DNA of 52,333 bases from Clostridiales bacterium (GTDB taxonomy: Bacteria > Bacillota > Clostridia > Oscillospirales > Oscillospiraceae). The stretch spans positions 1 through 52,333 of the forward strand of contig JAJBUB010000079.1 in assembly GCA_020860575.1 (NCBI GenBank), read 5' to 3'. The position numbers were made by a program, and so were the translations under genes. Positions 10,007 through 20,938 of the stretch are shown here, piece after piece (the stretch's first letter is position 1; each line of letters begins with the position of its first letter). The notes under the pieces are model-generated. The model was not told the origin of the DNA. It saw nothing but the letters and a program-made list of their open reading frames with translations, and did no database searches.

Positions 10007-11299
10007 TTATCCCCTGACCGCGGCGAAGGCCTGCTCCATGTCGGCGATGATGTCGTCGATATGCTCGGTGCCGATGGAGAGGCGGATGGTGTTGCGCCGA
10101 ATCCCCTGATCCGCCAGCTCCTCGTCGGAGAGCTGGGCGTGGGTGGTGGTGGCGGGATGGATGACCAGGCTCTTCACGTCGGCCACGTTGGCCAGCAGGG
10201 AGAAGATCTTCAGGTGGTCGATGAATTGGAAGGCCTCCTCCTGGCCACCCTTGATCTCAAAGGTGAAGATGGACGCACCACCGTTGGGGAAATACTTCTC
10301 ATACAGAGCGTGGTCAGGATGGTCCGGCAGAGAGGGATGGTTCACCCGCTCCACCTGAGGATGATTCACTAGGTACTCCACCACCTTTTTCGTGTTCTCC
10401 CCGTGGCGCTCCAGCCGGAGGGACAGGGTCTCGGTGCCCTGGAGCAGCAGGAAGGCGGCAAAGGGGGAGATAGCTGCGCCGGTGTCCCGGAGCAGGATGT
10501 CCCGGATATAGGTGACAAAGGCGGCGGACCCGGCCACATCGGTGAACCGTACTCCGTGATAGCTGGGGTTCGGCTCAGAGAGCCAGGGATAACGGCCGCT
10601 CCCCGCCCAGTCGAAGGTGCCTCCGTCCACGATGACGCCGCCCAGGGTGGTGCCGTGGCCGCCGATAAACTTGGTGGCGGAGTGTACCACGATGTCCGCC
10701 CCATGCTCGATGGGCCGGATGAGGTAGGGAGTGCCAAAGGTGTTGTCGATGACCAGGGGCAGACCGTGCCGATGGGCGATCTCAGCCACCGCGTCGATGT
10801 CGGGGATGTCGGAGTTGGGGTTGCCCAGGGTCTCGATATAGATCGCCTTGGTGTTCTCCCGGATGGCGTTCTCCACCTCGTCCAGATCGTGAACGTCCAC
10901 AAAGGTGGTGCTGACGCCGTACATGGGGAGGGTATGTCCCAGCAGGTTGGAGGTGCCGCCGTAGATGGTCTTCTGGGCAACGATATGCTCCCCCTCTTTG
11001 GCCAGAGCCTGGACCGTGTAGGTGATGGCGGCGGCGCCGGAGGCCACGGCCAGAGCGGCCACGCCTCCCTCCAGAGCGGCGATGCGCTCCTCAAAGACAG
11101 CCTGGGTGGAGTTGGTCAGGCGGCCATAGATGTTGCCCCCGGCCGACAGGCTGAACCGATCGGCGGCGTTCTGACTGCTGGGGAACACATAGGAGGTGGT
11201 GGCATAGATGGGTACCGCCCGGGCGTCGGAGGCAGGATCGGGCTGCTCCTGGCCCGCATGGAGCTGAAGAGTCTCAAATTTATACTTTTGGCTGCTCAT
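10007..11299 (-). CDS. metY: O-acetylhomoserine aminocarboxypropyltransferase/sulfhydrylase
   Basis: [19 protein letters not shown] (PLP lysine), [18 protein letters not shown]. Confidence 0.92.
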   Translation of the reverse strand: MSSQKYKFETLQLHAGQEQPDPASDARAVPIYATTSYVFPSSQNAADRFSLSAGGNIYGRLTNSTQAVFEERIAALEGGVAALAVASGAAAITYTVQALAKEGEHIVAQKTIYGGTSNLLGHTLPMYGVSTTFVDVHDLDEVENAIRENTKAIYIETLGNPNSDIPDIDAVAEIAHRHGLPLVIDNTFGTPYLIRPIEHGADIVVHSATKFIGGHGTTLGGVIVDGGTFDWAGSGRYPWLSEPNPSYHGVRFTDVAGSAAFVTYIRDILLRDTGAAISPFAAFLLLQGTETLSLRLERHGENTKKVVEYLVNHPQVERVNHPSLPDHPDHALYEKYFPNGGASIFTFEIKGGQEEAFQFIDHLKIFSLLANVADVKSLVIHPATTTHAQLSDEELADQGIRRNTIRLSIGTEHIDDIIADMEQAFAAVRG

Positions 11300-11334
11300 G
11301 GGAACGACCTCTTTTCCAAATATCGGTTGTTATG

Positions 11335-11371
11335 ACTATACCAGCATTTACCTACTTTGTCAATGGGTAGG
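11335..11371 (-). promoter_or_regulatory. metY promoter with possible Rrf2/CymR-type operator
   Basis: Minus-strand TTGACA (11363-11358)-17 bp-TATAGT (11340-11335); CCTAC-N11-GTAGG (11351-11371) around the -35. Confidence 0.55.
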
Positions 11372-11480
11372 CCGGTTTGCAGGGCGTCCCTCTCCTCCGC
11401 CGGTCTTACGGGTGTATTTCATAAATGCCCTCTTTCCCCGTATCGTCCTCCGGGTCCGAGCTTATCGCAACAGGGAAGGA

Positions 11481-11518
11481 AAAGAAGGCCGCCTGCCAAC
11501 AGGAGCAGGCGGCCTTTT
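11481..11518. terminator. Intrinsic terminator of the trxB-trxA-DUF6106 operon
   Basis: AAGGCCGCCTGC/GCAGGCGGCCTT stem flanked by A and T runs. Confidence 0.75.
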
Positions 11519-11550
11519 GGTCGCTGTAAACCTATGGAGTGATACGGTCC

Positions 11551-12072
11551 TCACCACGGCTGCTTCGCCGGACGCACCACCTTGCTGGGGGCCGTCCGCC
11601 ACATGGCCTGGATCATGGCCTCGGTCGGCTCCAGCAGCAGGGGCTGGACGACGCCGCCCCCCTGGAACACCAGGATGTACCGCCGCTCCGCCGCGGGGTC
11701 ATGGCTGCTGTAGTCCAACGTCTTCACGTCCTTCCGGCTGAGATAGGGGGTCAGCCGGTCGTGGCCCTCCGGAGCCATGACCGCCAGGTTTTCCATGGCG
11801 TACACCCCCAGCCGCTTCCGCTTGGAGCGGTTCTTGATCCGGTCAATACGGAGGCTGCCGTCCAGATACTGATACTCATACTCCAGGCGCAGGTGCCGCC
11901 GATAGAGCAGGGCGGCGATGAGGAACACCAGGAAGATTGCCAGGAAGATGAGGTAAATCAAGCCCAGAGCCAGGTAGACAAAGGTCATCACCCACAGGAC
12001 CTTGCTGAGGATGTTCTCCCACTTGGTGGGCTTGACCGCCACCAGGACCTCGCAAAAGGAGTTGCTCTCCAT
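11551..12072 (-). CDS. Conserved membrane protein (DUF6106-like)
   Basis: Two TM segments followed by LEYEYQYLDGSLRIDRI; follows trxA on the same strand. Confidence 0.7.
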   Translation of the reverse strand: MESNSFCEVLVAVKPTKWENILSKVLWVMTFVYLALGLIYLIFLAIFLVFLIAALLYRRHLRLEYEYQYLDGSLRIDRIKNRSKRKRLGVYAMENLAVMAPEGHDRLTPYLSRKDVKTLDYSSHDPAAERRYILVFQGGGVVQPLLLEPTEAMIQAMWRTAPSKVVRPAKQPW

Positions 12073-12083
12073 CCTTCAGCACC

Positions 12084-12407
12084 TCACTCCAGGGCGGACC
12101 GGACCAAATCGGCAAAGTTTGCATAGGGCTGCGCCCCCACCAGCCGCCGGAACTCCTGCCCGTCCTTAAAGACGATGACGCAGGGGATACTCATAATGCC
12201 GTAGGCGGCGGCCAGCTCCCCCTCCTGGTCCACGTCCACCTTGCCCACCGTGGCCTGTCCGTCGAACTCCTTCGCCAGCCGCTCGATGGCCGGGGCAATC
12301 ATCCGGCAGGGGCCGCACCAGGTGGCCCAGAAATCCACGACCACCACGCCTCCGGCGCCGACAGTCTCTACAAAGGTGTTTTGATCAAAATGAATCAGCT
12401 CGGACAT
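12084..12407 (-). CDS. trxA: Thioredoxin
   Basis: WATWCGPC active site; IMSIP cis-Pro loop. Confidence 0.96.
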   Translation of the reverse strand: MSELIHFDQNTFVETVGAGGVVVVDFWATWCGPCRMIAPAIERLAKEFDGQATVGKVDVDQEGELAAAYGIMSIPCVIVFKDGQEFRRLVGAQPYANFADLVRSALE

Positions 12408-12440
12408 ATGAATTTTCCTTTCTTTCTGTATTCCGGCGGG

Positions 12441-13292
12441 TCAGAAGTTTTCTGATTCCAGGGCCTCAGCCGCCGCCTCTCCGGCGATGAGGCCCTCCCC
12501 CACCGCTTTAGCGATCTGTAAGGGCTTTCCTGTGCAGTCCCCGGCGGCGTAGACCCCGGGGAGATTGGTCTCCATCCGGCGGTTCACGGCGATATAGCCG
12601 TCCTCCACTGCCAGCCCGGGGAGCAGGTCCGCCAGGGCCACCGACTCTCTGAGGATGAACACCCCGTCACAGGGCAGCACCGCACCCTCCGCCTCCACGC
12701 CGGTGACGGCGCTCTCTCCCAAAACGGAGATGCGCCCCGCCCGGAGATAAGGGATGTCCTCCCGCAGGCCCACCGGCTGGGTCGGGCTGAGATAGGTCAC
12801 CTGGCAGCCGATCTCCCGGAGGTAGTTGGCCTCCAGAGGGGCGTCCTTGGCCCGGCCGACAACGATGACCGGCTTTTTCCGATAGAGCATCCCGTCGCAG
12901 GTGGCGCAGTAGCTGACCCCCCGGCCCAGGAGAGCCTCCTCGCCGGGGTACTTCTGTCCCCGCTGGACGCCTCCCGCCAGGACGAGCTTTCGGCCCTCAT
13001 AGACCTCGCTGCCCACAGTGAGATAGAACACCCCGTCCAGGGCCATGGCGGACAGCGCCCGCCCGGTGCGCAGCTCCGCCCCCATGTCCAGGGCGTGACG
13101 GAGAAAGCGCTCCATCAGCTCCCCGCCGCTCAGGCCGGGGAGGCCAAGGTAGTTGTCAATGGCAGGGGCCTTGCTCAACGGATTTTGCGTTCCGGGGTTG
13201 GAGAGGACGAGGCACCGCTTTCCCCGGCCCTGGGCCGCCACCGCGGCGGACAGCCCCGCCGGACCGCCCCCGAGGATGAGAATGTCATACAC
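12441..13292 (-). CDS. trxB: Thioredoxin reductase-like flavoprotein
   Basis: GGGPAGLSAA, GVSYCATCDG, YAAGDCTG; GTG start with GGAGG RBS. Confidence 0.88.
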   Translation of the reverse strand: MYDILILGGGPAGLSAAVAAQGRGKRCLVLSNPGTQNPLSKAPAIDNYLGLPGLSGGELMERFLRHALDMGAELRTGRALSAMALDGVFYLTVGSEVYEGRKLVLAGGVQRGQKYPGEEALLGRGVSYCATCDGMLYRKKPVIVVGRAKDAPLEANYLREIGCQVTYLSPTQPVGLREDIPYLRAGRISVLGESAVTGVEAEGAVLPCDGVFILRESVALADLLPGLAVEDGYIAVNRRMETNLPGVYAAGDCTGKPLQIAKAVGEGLIAGEAAAEALESENF

Positions 13293-13325
13293 CGGTTTTC
13301 ACCTCCCCGCCTTACATTTGACCCT

Positions 13326-13354
13326 ATTATACCCAGCTTTCACAAAAAAGGCAA
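13326..13354 (-). promoter_or_regulatory. Sigma-A promoter of trxB
   Basis: Minus-strand TTGCCT-17 bp-TATAAT. Confidence 0.6.
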
Positions 13355-13512
13355 TCCTTTTTCCAAAACGCCCCATCTGACGGAAAAATGGCCGTTTCAC
13401 CCCTCTGTTTTTGTCGTCAGAGCCAAAACAGTTAAAAAATTTCAGTTGACCCTTGCGAACGGGGAAAAAAGTGCGTAGTATATAGGGGAAACAGAGAGAG
13501 GAGAACGCCGCC

Positions 13513-14772
13513 ATGCAGAAGACACCCTTTGTCTCCCTGGAGCAGCTCCGGGAGATCACCAAGACCTATCCCACCCCGTTCCACATCTACGACGAGGCGG
13601 GCATCCGCCGTACCGCCCGGGCGGTGAACGCCGCCTTTGCCTGGAACCCCGGCTTTCGGGAATACTTTGCGGTGAAGGCTACCCCCACCCCCCGTATTTT
13701 GAAGATCCTCCACGAGGAGGGGTGCGGCACAGATTGCTCCAGTCTGACGGAGCTGATGATGAGCGACCGCTGCGGCATTGCCGGGGAGGAGATCATGTTC
13801 TCCTCCAACGACACCCCGGCAGAGGAATTTGTCCTGGCCAACCGGCTGGGGGCCACCATCAACCTGGACGACCTGACCCATGTGGACTTTCTGGAGCAAA
13901 CCCTAGGCTTTATCCCCCGGCGTATCTCCTGCCGGTACAACCCGGGCGGGGTGTTCCAGCTGGGAGAGAGCAAGGAGGGCTTCCAAGTGATGGACAATCC
14001 GGGGGACGCCAAGTATGGCATGACCCGGGAGCAGCTCTTTGAGGCGTACCGCAGGCTAAAGGCTCTGGGGGCGGAGGAGTTCGGTCTCCACGCCTTTCTG
14101 GCCTCCAACACCCTCTCCAACGACTACTATCCCGCCCTGGCCGCCCAGCTCTTCCAGCTGGCGGTGGACCTCCAGCGGGAGACCGGCTGCCACATCTCCT
14201 TCATCAACCTCTCCGGAGGGGTGGGGGTGGACTACCGCCCGGAGCAGCCCGTCAACGACATCGCCGCCATCGGCGAGGGAGTCCGCCGGGCCTACGAGTC
14301 CATCCTGACCCCCAACGGTATGGGAGATGTGGCCATCTACACCGAGATGGGCCGGTATATGCTGGCCTCCAACGGTCACCTGGTCACCACCGTCCTTCAC
14401 GAGAAGCACACCTATAAGGAATACATCGGAGTGGACGCCTGCGCCGCCAACCTGATGCGCCCGGCCATGTACGGAGCCTATCACCACATCACCGCCATGG
14501 GGAAGGAAGACCTTCCCTGTGACCACAAATATGACGTGGTGGGTTCTCTCTGTGAGAACAACGACAAGTTTGCCGTGGACCGGATGCTGCCGGAGCTGGA
14601 GATCGGGGACATTCTTGTCATCCACGACACCGGCGCCCACGGCTTCTCCATGGGCTACAATTACAACGGCCGCCTCCGCTCCGCCGAGCTGCTGCTCCGG
14701 GAGGACGGGAGCGTGGAGCTGATGCGCCGGGCGGAGACTCCGGAGGACTATTTTGCAACGCTGGTGTGGTAA
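13513..14772 (+). CDS. lysA: Diaminopimelate decarboxylase
   Basis: YPTPFHIYDE, YFAVKA (PLP lysine), NLSGG, GSLCENND, MGYNYNGR. Confidence 0.93.
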   Translation: MQKTPFVSLEQLREITKTYPTPFHIYDEAGIRRTARAVNAAFAWNPGFREYFAVKATPTPRILKILHEEGCGTDCSSLTELMMSDRCGIAGEEIMFSSNDTPAEEFVLANRLGATINLDDLTHVDFLEQTLGFIPRRISCRYNPGGVFQLGESKEGFQVMDNPGDAKYGMTREQLFEAYRRLKALGAEEFGLHAFLASNTLSNDYYPALAAQLFQLAVDLQRETGCHISFINLSGGVGVDYRPEQPVNDIAAIGEGVRRAYESILTPNGMGDVAIYTEMGRYMLASNGHLVTTVLHEKHTYKEYIGVDACAANLMRPAMYGAYHHITAMGKEDLPCDHKYDVVGSLCENNDKFAVDRMLPELEIGDILVIHDTGAHGFSMGYNYNGRLRSAELLLREDGSVELMRRAETPEDYFATLVW

Positions 14773-14794
14773 CGCCTGCGGGAAAGGAACGGCC

Positions 14795-15748
14795 ATGATA
14801 CGGTTGATCCGGGGCCTCGCCTTGCTGCTTTGCCTGTGTCTGCTGTTTGCCCTGGCGGGCTGCGGCGGGACAGCCACAGAGACGGAGGATACCCAAACTG
14901 ATATGACAGAAAGCGCTGCCGTCTCGTCCGATACGGCGGAGGATGCCCAGGCCGTTGCCAACGACGCCGCCTCTGCTGCGGCGAATGCCGCTGCCGAGGC
15001 AGAAGCGCCGGAGGATACAGTCGGGGCTGAGACCGTCGGAGACGCTGACGGAGTGACCGCCACTGTCGTCCCCACCGTGAGCATCGCTGTCACTGACGGC
15101 TCTTACTCCTATGAGGACGGCACTGAGCTGTTGACGGTGACAATGGTGAGCATCTCCGTCTCCGTGGAGGGCAAGCCAGAGGTGGAGGAGAGCATCAACG
15201 CCGACCTCCAGGCCCTGCTGAGCCAGACCGGCACCGCCAACTCCGAGCTGAAGGCCCAGGTGGACGCGGACTACGAGGCCTCCGTGGAGGAGGGATGGGA
15301 TTGGTATGCCTACGAGTCCCAGCTGACGGCGGAGGTGGTCCGGTGCGACAGCCAGGTGCTTAGCATTCGGTTCAGTGGCTACAGCTACTCCGGCGGTGCC
15401 CATGGCTATAGCTTCTCCTGCGGCCGGAGCTACGACGTCCAGAGCGGCTCCCGCCTGTCCCTGGCCTTTCTCTCCGCCAGCGGAGCGGATTTCCCCACCT
15501 ACGCCCTGGAACGGGTGGCAGAGCTGTGCGGGACGGAGGCATACAGCGAGCTGGTGTTCGACATGGACACCGTTCAGGAGAGCCTCTCCGATGTGGTCAG
15601 CGACGAGCAGTTCCTGCTGACGACGGAGGGCGTGGTCTTTCTGGCCGACCCCTATGTGATCGGCCCCTATGCCTCCGGCATCATCGAGTTTACCCTGCCC
15701 TATGACGAGCTGGAGGGCGTGGTCAAGGCGGATTATCTCCCAGTGTAA
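14795..15748 (+). CDS. Lipoprotein with DUF4163/DUF3298 (RsiV/PdaC-like) domains
   Basis: Lipobox LAGC, acidic linker, YSGGAHG and PYVIGPYASG motifs. Confidence 0.82.
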   Translation: MIRLIRGLALLLCLCLLFALAGCGGTATETEDTQTDMTESAAVSSDTAEDAQAVANDAASAAANAAAEAEAPEDTVGAETVGDADGVTATVVPTVSIAVTDGSYSYEDGTELLTVTMVSISVSVEGKPEVEESINADLQALLSQTGTANSELKAQVDADYEASVEEGWDWYAYESQLTAEVVRCDSQVLSIRFSGYSYSGGAHGYSFSCGRSYDVQSGSRLSLAFLSASGADFPTYALERVAELCGTEAYSELVFDMDTVQESLSDVVSDEQFLLTTEGVVFLADPYVIGPYASGIIEFTLPYDELEGVVKADYLPV

Positions 15749-15828
15749 CGGGAAAACCTTTTCAGCCCGGAGCCGCTGCAAGGTGGCCCCGGGCTGTTCT
15801 GTACGGACAATAAGAGGTGAAAAGCGAC

Positions 15829-17703
15829 ATGGATTATCGAGCGGGCAGCTATGATGTGGGGGTGATCGGGGCCGGTCACGCCGGGATCGAGGCGGCGCTC
15901 GCCGCCGCCCGGATGGGACTGCGGACGGTGTGCTTTACCGTCAACCTGGACGCCGTGGGCAATATGCCCTGCAACCCCGCCATCGGCGGCACCGGCAAGG
16001 GCCACCTGGTCCGGGAGCTGGACGCCCTGGGAGGCGAGATGGCCCGGGCGGCAGATAAGGCGTGTATCCAGTACCGGCTGCTCAACCGGGGCAAGGGTCC
16101 CTCTGTCTGGTCCCTCCGCGCCCAAGCGGATCGGCGGCGGTACCAGGAGGTCATGAAGCAAACCCTGGAGCAACAGGAAAACCTGACCCTGAAACAGGCA
16201 GAGGTGACGGATGTTCTGGCGGAGAACGGCCACGTCACCGGCGTCCGCACCCGAAACGGGGCGATATACGACCTCCGGGCGGTGGTGGTTGCCACCGGCA
16301 CCTATCTGGGGGGACGGACCATCGTGGGAGAGGTCAGCCAGACCAGCGGCCCGGACGGGCTACAGGCGGCACTGAAGTTGACGGAGAGCCTGCAACGGCT
16401 GGGCCTCTCCCTCCGGCGTTTTAAGACGGGGACGCCCCCCAGAGTGAACCGGCGGACGGTGGACTTCTCCAAAATGGAGCGCCAGGAGGGGGACCCGGAC
16501 CCGGCTCCCTTCTCCTTCCAGACGGAAACCGTCCCGGAGAACCGGGCGGTATGCTACCTCACCTATACGAATCAGCGCACCCACGACATCATCCGGGCCA
16601 ATCTCCACCGCTCTCCCCTGTTCTCCGGGGTCATCCACGGGGTCGGTCCCCGGTACTGCCCCTCCATTGAGGACAAGGTGGTGCGGTTTGCGGACAAGGA
16701 GCGACACCAGCTCTTTATCGAGCCTATGGGCCTGAACACGGAGGAGCTGTACGTCCAGGGCTTTTCCTCCTCTCTTCCGGAAGACGTGCAGGTAGAGATG
16801 CTCCACACCATCCCCGGCCTGGAGCGGGCGGAGATGACCCGGACGGCCTACGCCATCGAGTACGACTGCGTGGACCCCACCGAGCTGCTACCCACCCTGG
16901 AGTGTAAAAAGATCTCCGGTCTCTACGGGGCGGGACAGTTCAACGGCTCCTCCGGCTATGAGGAGGCCGCCGCCCAGGGCTTTGTGGCGGGGGTCAACGC
17001 CGCCCTCCGGCTGCTGGGCCGGGAGCCGCTGGTCCTGCGCCGGGACCAGGGCTATATCGGGGTGCTCATCGACGACCTGGTGACCAAGGGCACCAACGAG
17101 CCTTACCGGATGATGACCTCCCGGACGGAGTATCGGCTGATACAGCGGCAGGACAACGCGGACCAGCGGCTGACCCCGGTAGGCTATCGCCTGGGCCTGG
17201 TGAGCCGGGAGCGGTACAAGGCGGTGCTGGAGAAGTACCGCCAGGTGGACCGGGAGCTGGAACGGCTGGAGCACACGGGAGCGGCCACCACCCCGGCGCT
17301 GGCCGCCTTTCTGGAGGAGCGGGGGGAGAGCGTCCCCGCCTCCGGGGCAAAGCTCTCCGCTCTGCTGCGCCGCCCCAAAATCAGCTATGACGACCTTGCC
17401 CCCTTCGACCCGGAGCGGCCCCGGCTGCCCCGGCTGGTGACGGAGCAGGTGGAAATTCAGCTGAAATACGACGGCTATATCCAGCGGCAGAGCCGGCAGA
17501 TTGCCCAGTTCCAGCGGATGGAGGAGCGGACGCTGCCGGAGGACGTGGACTATAACCAGATACAGAGCCTGCGCATCGAGGCCCGGCAAAAGCTCAATCA
17601 GATACGCCCTCTGAATCTGGGCCAGGCCTCCCGCATCTCCGGGGTCAGCCCGGCGGACGTGGCGGCGCTGATCTTCTGGCTGGAGCGGCAGGAGGGGCGG
17701 TAA
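15829..17703 (+). CDS. mnmG: tRNA uridine-5-carboxymethylaminomethyl modification enzyme MnmG/GidA
   Basis: [42 protein letters not shown]. Confidence 0.97.
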   Translation: MDYRAGSYDVGVIGAGHAGIEAALAAARMGLRTVCFTVNLDAVGNMPCNPAIGGTGKGHLVRELDALGGEMARAADKACIQYRLLNRGKGPSVWSLRAQADRRRYQEVMKQTLEQQENLTLKQAEVTDVLAENGHVTGVRTRNGAIYDLRAVVVATGTYLGGRTIVGEVSQTSGPDGLQAALKLTESLQRLGLSLRRFKTGTPPRVNRRTVDFSKMERQEGDPDPAPFSFQTETVPENRAVCYLTYTNQRTHDIIRANLHRSPLFSGVIHGVGPRYCPSIEDKVVRFADKERHQLFIEPMGLNTEELYVQGFSSSLPEDVQVEMLHTIPGLERAEMTRTAYAIEYDCVDPTELLPTLECKKISGLYGAGQFNGSSGYEEAAAQGFVAGVNAALRLLGREPLVLRRDQGYIGVLIDDLVTKGTNEPYRMMTSRTEYRLIQRQDNADQRLTPVGYRLGLVSRERYKAVLEKYRQVDRELERLEHTGAATTPALAAFLEERGESVPASGAKLSALLRRPKISYDDLAPFDPERPRLPRLVTEQVEIQLKYDGYIQRQSRQIAQFQRMEERTLPEDVDYNQIQSLRIEARQKLNQIRPLNLGQASRISGVSPADVAALIFWLERQEGR

Positions 17704-17818
17704 AGGACATTTCGTCCTCTTTCTTAACTTTTTCTGAAAACAGGCCGTCGAGCTTTGCCATATTCGGTCGAGTGCGCTATACTTGTCCTCAAAGCGCAAG
17801 GGATAAGAGGGCGGTCAT

Positions 17819-18517
17819 ATGCGGACGAAACGGTGGACATCTCAATATAGCGGCAGACGGCACAGGCGGCCGCCGGTGCTGCTGATTCTGGTTCTGGCGG
17901 TGGGGCTGGGCGTGTTTCTGTATACATCAGACAGTCTTTCCCTGGGAGATGCAGAAAATGACGCCGGGGAGAACACGGGCATTGACCTGACCTCCCTCTT
18001 CTCCCAACACAAGGAGCCGCCGGAAATGCCGGACTGGGTGACGGTGGATCTGCTCACGGTGAACGAATACTCTCGTCCCGGCATTGAGCTGGAGACGGTG
18101 AACGGCATCATCGTCCACTATGTAGGCAACCCCGGCACCACCGCTCAGGCCAACCGAAACTACTTCGAGGGTCTGGCCGAGACAGGGGAGGCCCATGCCA
18201 GCAGCCATTTCGTCATCGGTCTGAAGGGGGAGATCATTCAGTGCGTCCCCTTGGACGAGATCGCCTACTGCTCCAATGACCGCAATTCGGATACCATCTC
18301 CATCGAGTGCTGTCACCCGGGAGAGGACGGAGCATTTACCCAGGAGACCTATGACTCCCTGGTGAAGCTGGTGGCCTTTCTGGCGGACTACTACGACCTG
18401 GGACGGGATGAGGTCATCCGACACTACGACGTGACGGGAAAGCTCTGCCCATTGTACTATGTGGAACACGAGGACGCATGGGAACAGTTTAAGAACGATG
18501 TGTTCGGCTCAGAATAA
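17819..18517 (+). CDS. Membrane-anchored N-acetylmuramoyl-L-alanine amidase (Amidase_2)
   Basis: N-terminal TM segment; IIVHY, SSHFVIG, ISIE, RHYDVTGKLCP zinc-amidase motifs. Confidence 0.88.
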   Translation: MRTKRWTSQYSGRRHRRPPVLLILVLAVGLGVFLYTSDSLSLGDAENDAGENTGIDLTSLFSQHKEPPEMPDWVTVDLLTVNEYSRPGIELETVNGIIVHYVGNPGTTAQANRNYFEGLAETGEAHASSHFVIGLKGEIIQCVPLDEIAYCSNDRNSDTISIECCHPGEDGAFTQETYDSLVKLVAFLADYYDLGRDEVIRHYDVTGKLCPLYYVEHEDAWEQFKNDVFGSE

Positions 18518-18602
18518 CGCCGAGCACCCCATCTCTCCAGAGCGCTCCTGATTTTGATTGACCGACGGCTCCCGAGCCGTCCTGCGATACGGTGGTGATT
18601 TT

Positions 18603-20186
18603 ATGCTTCAAATCAGCAATCTCCGGCTCCCCTTGGGCGCAGGTCAGGAGGAGCTGGAACGCCGGGCCGCCAAGGCCCTTCGCATCGGCCGGGGAGACAT
18701 CCGGGAGCTTCAGCTGGTCAAACAGTCCATCGACGCCCGGCGCAAGAGCGACCTCCACATGGTCTACACCGTCAATGTCCGGGTATCGGACGAGGAGGGT
18801 GTACTGCGCAGGGCCGGACCCACGGTGCGCAGGCTGGAGCGCGTACCCTACCGTTTCCCGGAGGCCGTTCCCTGTTCCGGCCCCCGGCCTGTGGTGGTAG
18901 GCATGGGACCTGCGGGCCTGTTCGCCGCTCTGTTTCTGGCCCGGGCGGGTATCCCGCCTGTGGTGGTAGAGCGGGGCCGCCCTGTGGAGCAGAGGCAGGA
19001 GGATGTGGAGCGGTTCTGGGCCACCGGAGTACTGGACCCCCGCTCCAATGTCCAGTTTGGCGAAGGGGGCGCGGGTACCTTCTCCGACGGCAAGCTGACC
19101 ACCGGCACCCACGACCCCCGCATCTCCGCCGTGCTGGATACCTTTGTGGAGATGGGCGCGCCCGCAGACGTGGCCTGGTCCTTCCGACCCCATGTGGGGA
19201 CGGATGTACTCCGGCAGGTGGTACGCAATCTTCGGGAAGAACTGCTCCGGCTGGGCTGTGAGATCCGGTTTGAGACCACCCTGGTAGGCCTGGAGAGCGA
19301 GGACGGCGCGCTGACCGCTGTCCTTCTGGAAACAGCGCGGGGGAGGGAACGTCTCCCCGCCTCCCGGCTGATTCTCGCTCCAGGACACTCCGCCCGGGAC
19401 ACCTTTGCCATGCTCCATGGTCTGGGGCTTGCCATGGAGCAGAAGCCCTTTGCTATCGGTGTGCGCATCGAACACTGTCAGCAGGCGATCAGTCAGGCCC
19501 AGTACGGTCCCGCATGGGAGCATTTGCCCCCCAGCGACTACCACCTCTCCTGCCACCTCCCCAGTGGACGGAGCGCCTTTTCCTTCTGCGTCTGCCCCGG
19601 GGGAACGGTGGTGGCCTCCGCCTCGGAGCCGGGGCGGCTGGTGACCAACGGCATGAGCTGCCGGGCCAGAGACGGAGAGAACATCAACGGCGGCTTTCTG
19701 GTAGGGGTCGGCCCGGAGGACTATCCCGGCACTGACCCGCTGGCGGGAGTCCGGTTCCAGGAGCGGTGGGAGGAGCAGGCCTTCCGTCTGGGTGGGGGCG
19801 GTTTCCGCGCCCCGGCCCAGCTGGCGGGGGACTTTTTGCAGCAGCGACCGTCAACGGCGGTGGGAGCGGTTCGCCCCACCTATCGGCCGGGAGTGACCTG
19901 GACGGACGTGGGGCTGTGTCTGCCGGACTATGTGGCGGAGACGCTCCGGGACGCCCTTCCCCTGTTCGACCATAAGCTCCACGGCTTTGCCGACCCGGAG
20001 GCGGTACTCACCGGCATCGAGAGCCGGTCGTCCTCCCCTGTGCGGGTGCTTCGGGGAGCCGATTTTCAGCCCAGTCTCCGGGGGGTCTATCCCTGCGGGG
20101 AGGGCTGCGGCTATGCCGGGGGCATCGTCAGCGCCGCCGTGGACGGCATCCGTGTCGCCGAGGCGGTGGCAGGAAACCAACCATAA
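18603..20186 (+). CDS. Uncharacterised FAD-dependent oxidoreductase (COG2509-type)
   Basis: GMGPAG, QFGEGGAGTFSDGKL, GVRIEH, FCVCPGG, GEGCGYAGGIVSAA. Confidence 0.88.
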   Translation: MLQISNLRLPLGAGQEELERRAAKALRIGRGDIRELQLVKQSIDARRKSDLHMVYTVNVRVSDEEGVLRRAGPTVRRLERVPYRFPEAVPCSGPRPVVVGMGPAGLFAALFLARAGIPPVVVERGRPVEQRQEDVERFWATGVLDPRSNVQFGEGGAGTFSDGKLTTGTHDPRISAVLDTFVEMGAPADVAWSFRPHVGTDVLRQVVRNLREELLRLGCEIRFETTLVGLESEDGALTAVLLETARGRERLPASRLILAPGHSARDTFAMLHGLGLAMEQKPFAIGVRIEHCQQAISQAQYGPAWEHLPPSDYHLSCHLPSGRSAFSFCVCPGGTVVASASEPGRLVTNGMSCRARDGENINGGFLVGVGPEDYPGTDPLAGVRFQERWEEQAFRLGGGGFRAPAQLAGDFLQQRPSTAVGAVRPTYRPGVTWTDVGLCLPDYVAETLRDALPLFDHKLHGFADPEAVLTGIESRSSSPVRVLRGADFQPSLRGVYPCGEGCGYAGGIVSAAVDGIRVAEAVAGNQP

Positions 20187-20197
20187 GCCGAAATAAA

Positions 20198-20225
20198 TGA
20201 GGAGCCGCCCGAGGGCGGCTCCTCA
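20198..20225. terminator. Hairpin between convergent genes
   Basis: TGAGGAGCCGCC/GGCGGCTCCTCA perfect stem. Confidence 0.65.
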
Positions 20226-20263
20226 ATGCTATACTGTGAAACGTAGAGCAGTGTATGCTTTTC

Positions 20264-20806
20264 TCACGGCTGATCGACGATCAATCCATAGCCTCCGTCC
20301 TCACGGGCGTAGACCACGGCAAACGCCTCGCCCTCGTCGGCGTCACGGAAGGCGAAGAAGGTATGTCCCAGGAGGTTCATCTGGAGCACCGCCTCTTCTA
20401 CGCTCATGGGACGCAGGGGGAAGCGCTTGGCCCGGGCGATCTCCAGGGGGGCGTCAGCCTCAGGCTCGGTACTCTCCACTCCGGTGAACTCCACCGGGTC
20501 AAAGGCGTCGGTGCGCAGACGCTTGGACAGGCGGGTCTTGTTCTTCCGGATCTGGCCCTCGATGGTATCCACGGCGGCGTCGATGGCAGAATACATGGAG
20601 TCAGAATAGGTCTCAGAGCGGAAGATAGCATTGCCGGTACGCACAGTGACCTCCAGCTTGACCTGGCCCCGTTTCTTCTCCTGGAAACGGACGGTCGCCT
20701 CGGCGTCAGAACGGAAGTACCGATCCAGCTTGCCCACCTTTTTCTCGGCATAGGCAAGAACCTTTTCCGGCTGAGGGGATTTCTTGTCGATAAATGCGAA
20801 TTTCAC
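20264..20806 (-). CDS. hpf: Ribosome hibernation promoting factor (long HPF/RaiA)
   Basis: MYSAIDAAVDTIEGQIRKNK and C-terminal PMSVEEAVLQMNLLGHTFF...YAREDGGYGLI. Confidence 0.92.
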   Translation of the reverse strand: MKFAFIDKKSPQPEKVLAYAEKKVGKLDRYFRSDAEATVRFQEKKRGQVKLEVTVRTGNAIFRSETYSDSMYSAIDAAVDTIEGQIRKNKTRLSKRLRTDAFDPVEFTGVESTEPEADAPLEIARAKRFPLRPMSVEEAVLQMNLLGHTFFAFRDADEGEAFAVVYAREDGGYGLIVDQP

Positions 20807-20938
20807 TGCAATTCAGCTCCTTCCTGGTGGCGTGGAGAAGAGGGGGTCCTCTTCTGTGAACCTATTATACCACACTTTTGGAAAAGGAAAAGACTAAATT
20901 GTAAATTTTGCAAAAATCCTTTCAGGATTTGTCGCCCC

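Noticed and set aside
11300-11480. Possible SAM riboswitch before metY
   Set aside because: The promoter lies ~35 bp from the start codon and no S-box core motifs are visible.
13293-13512. Possible lysine riboswitch before lysA
   Set aside because: Short region occupied by divergent promoters with no L-box motifs.
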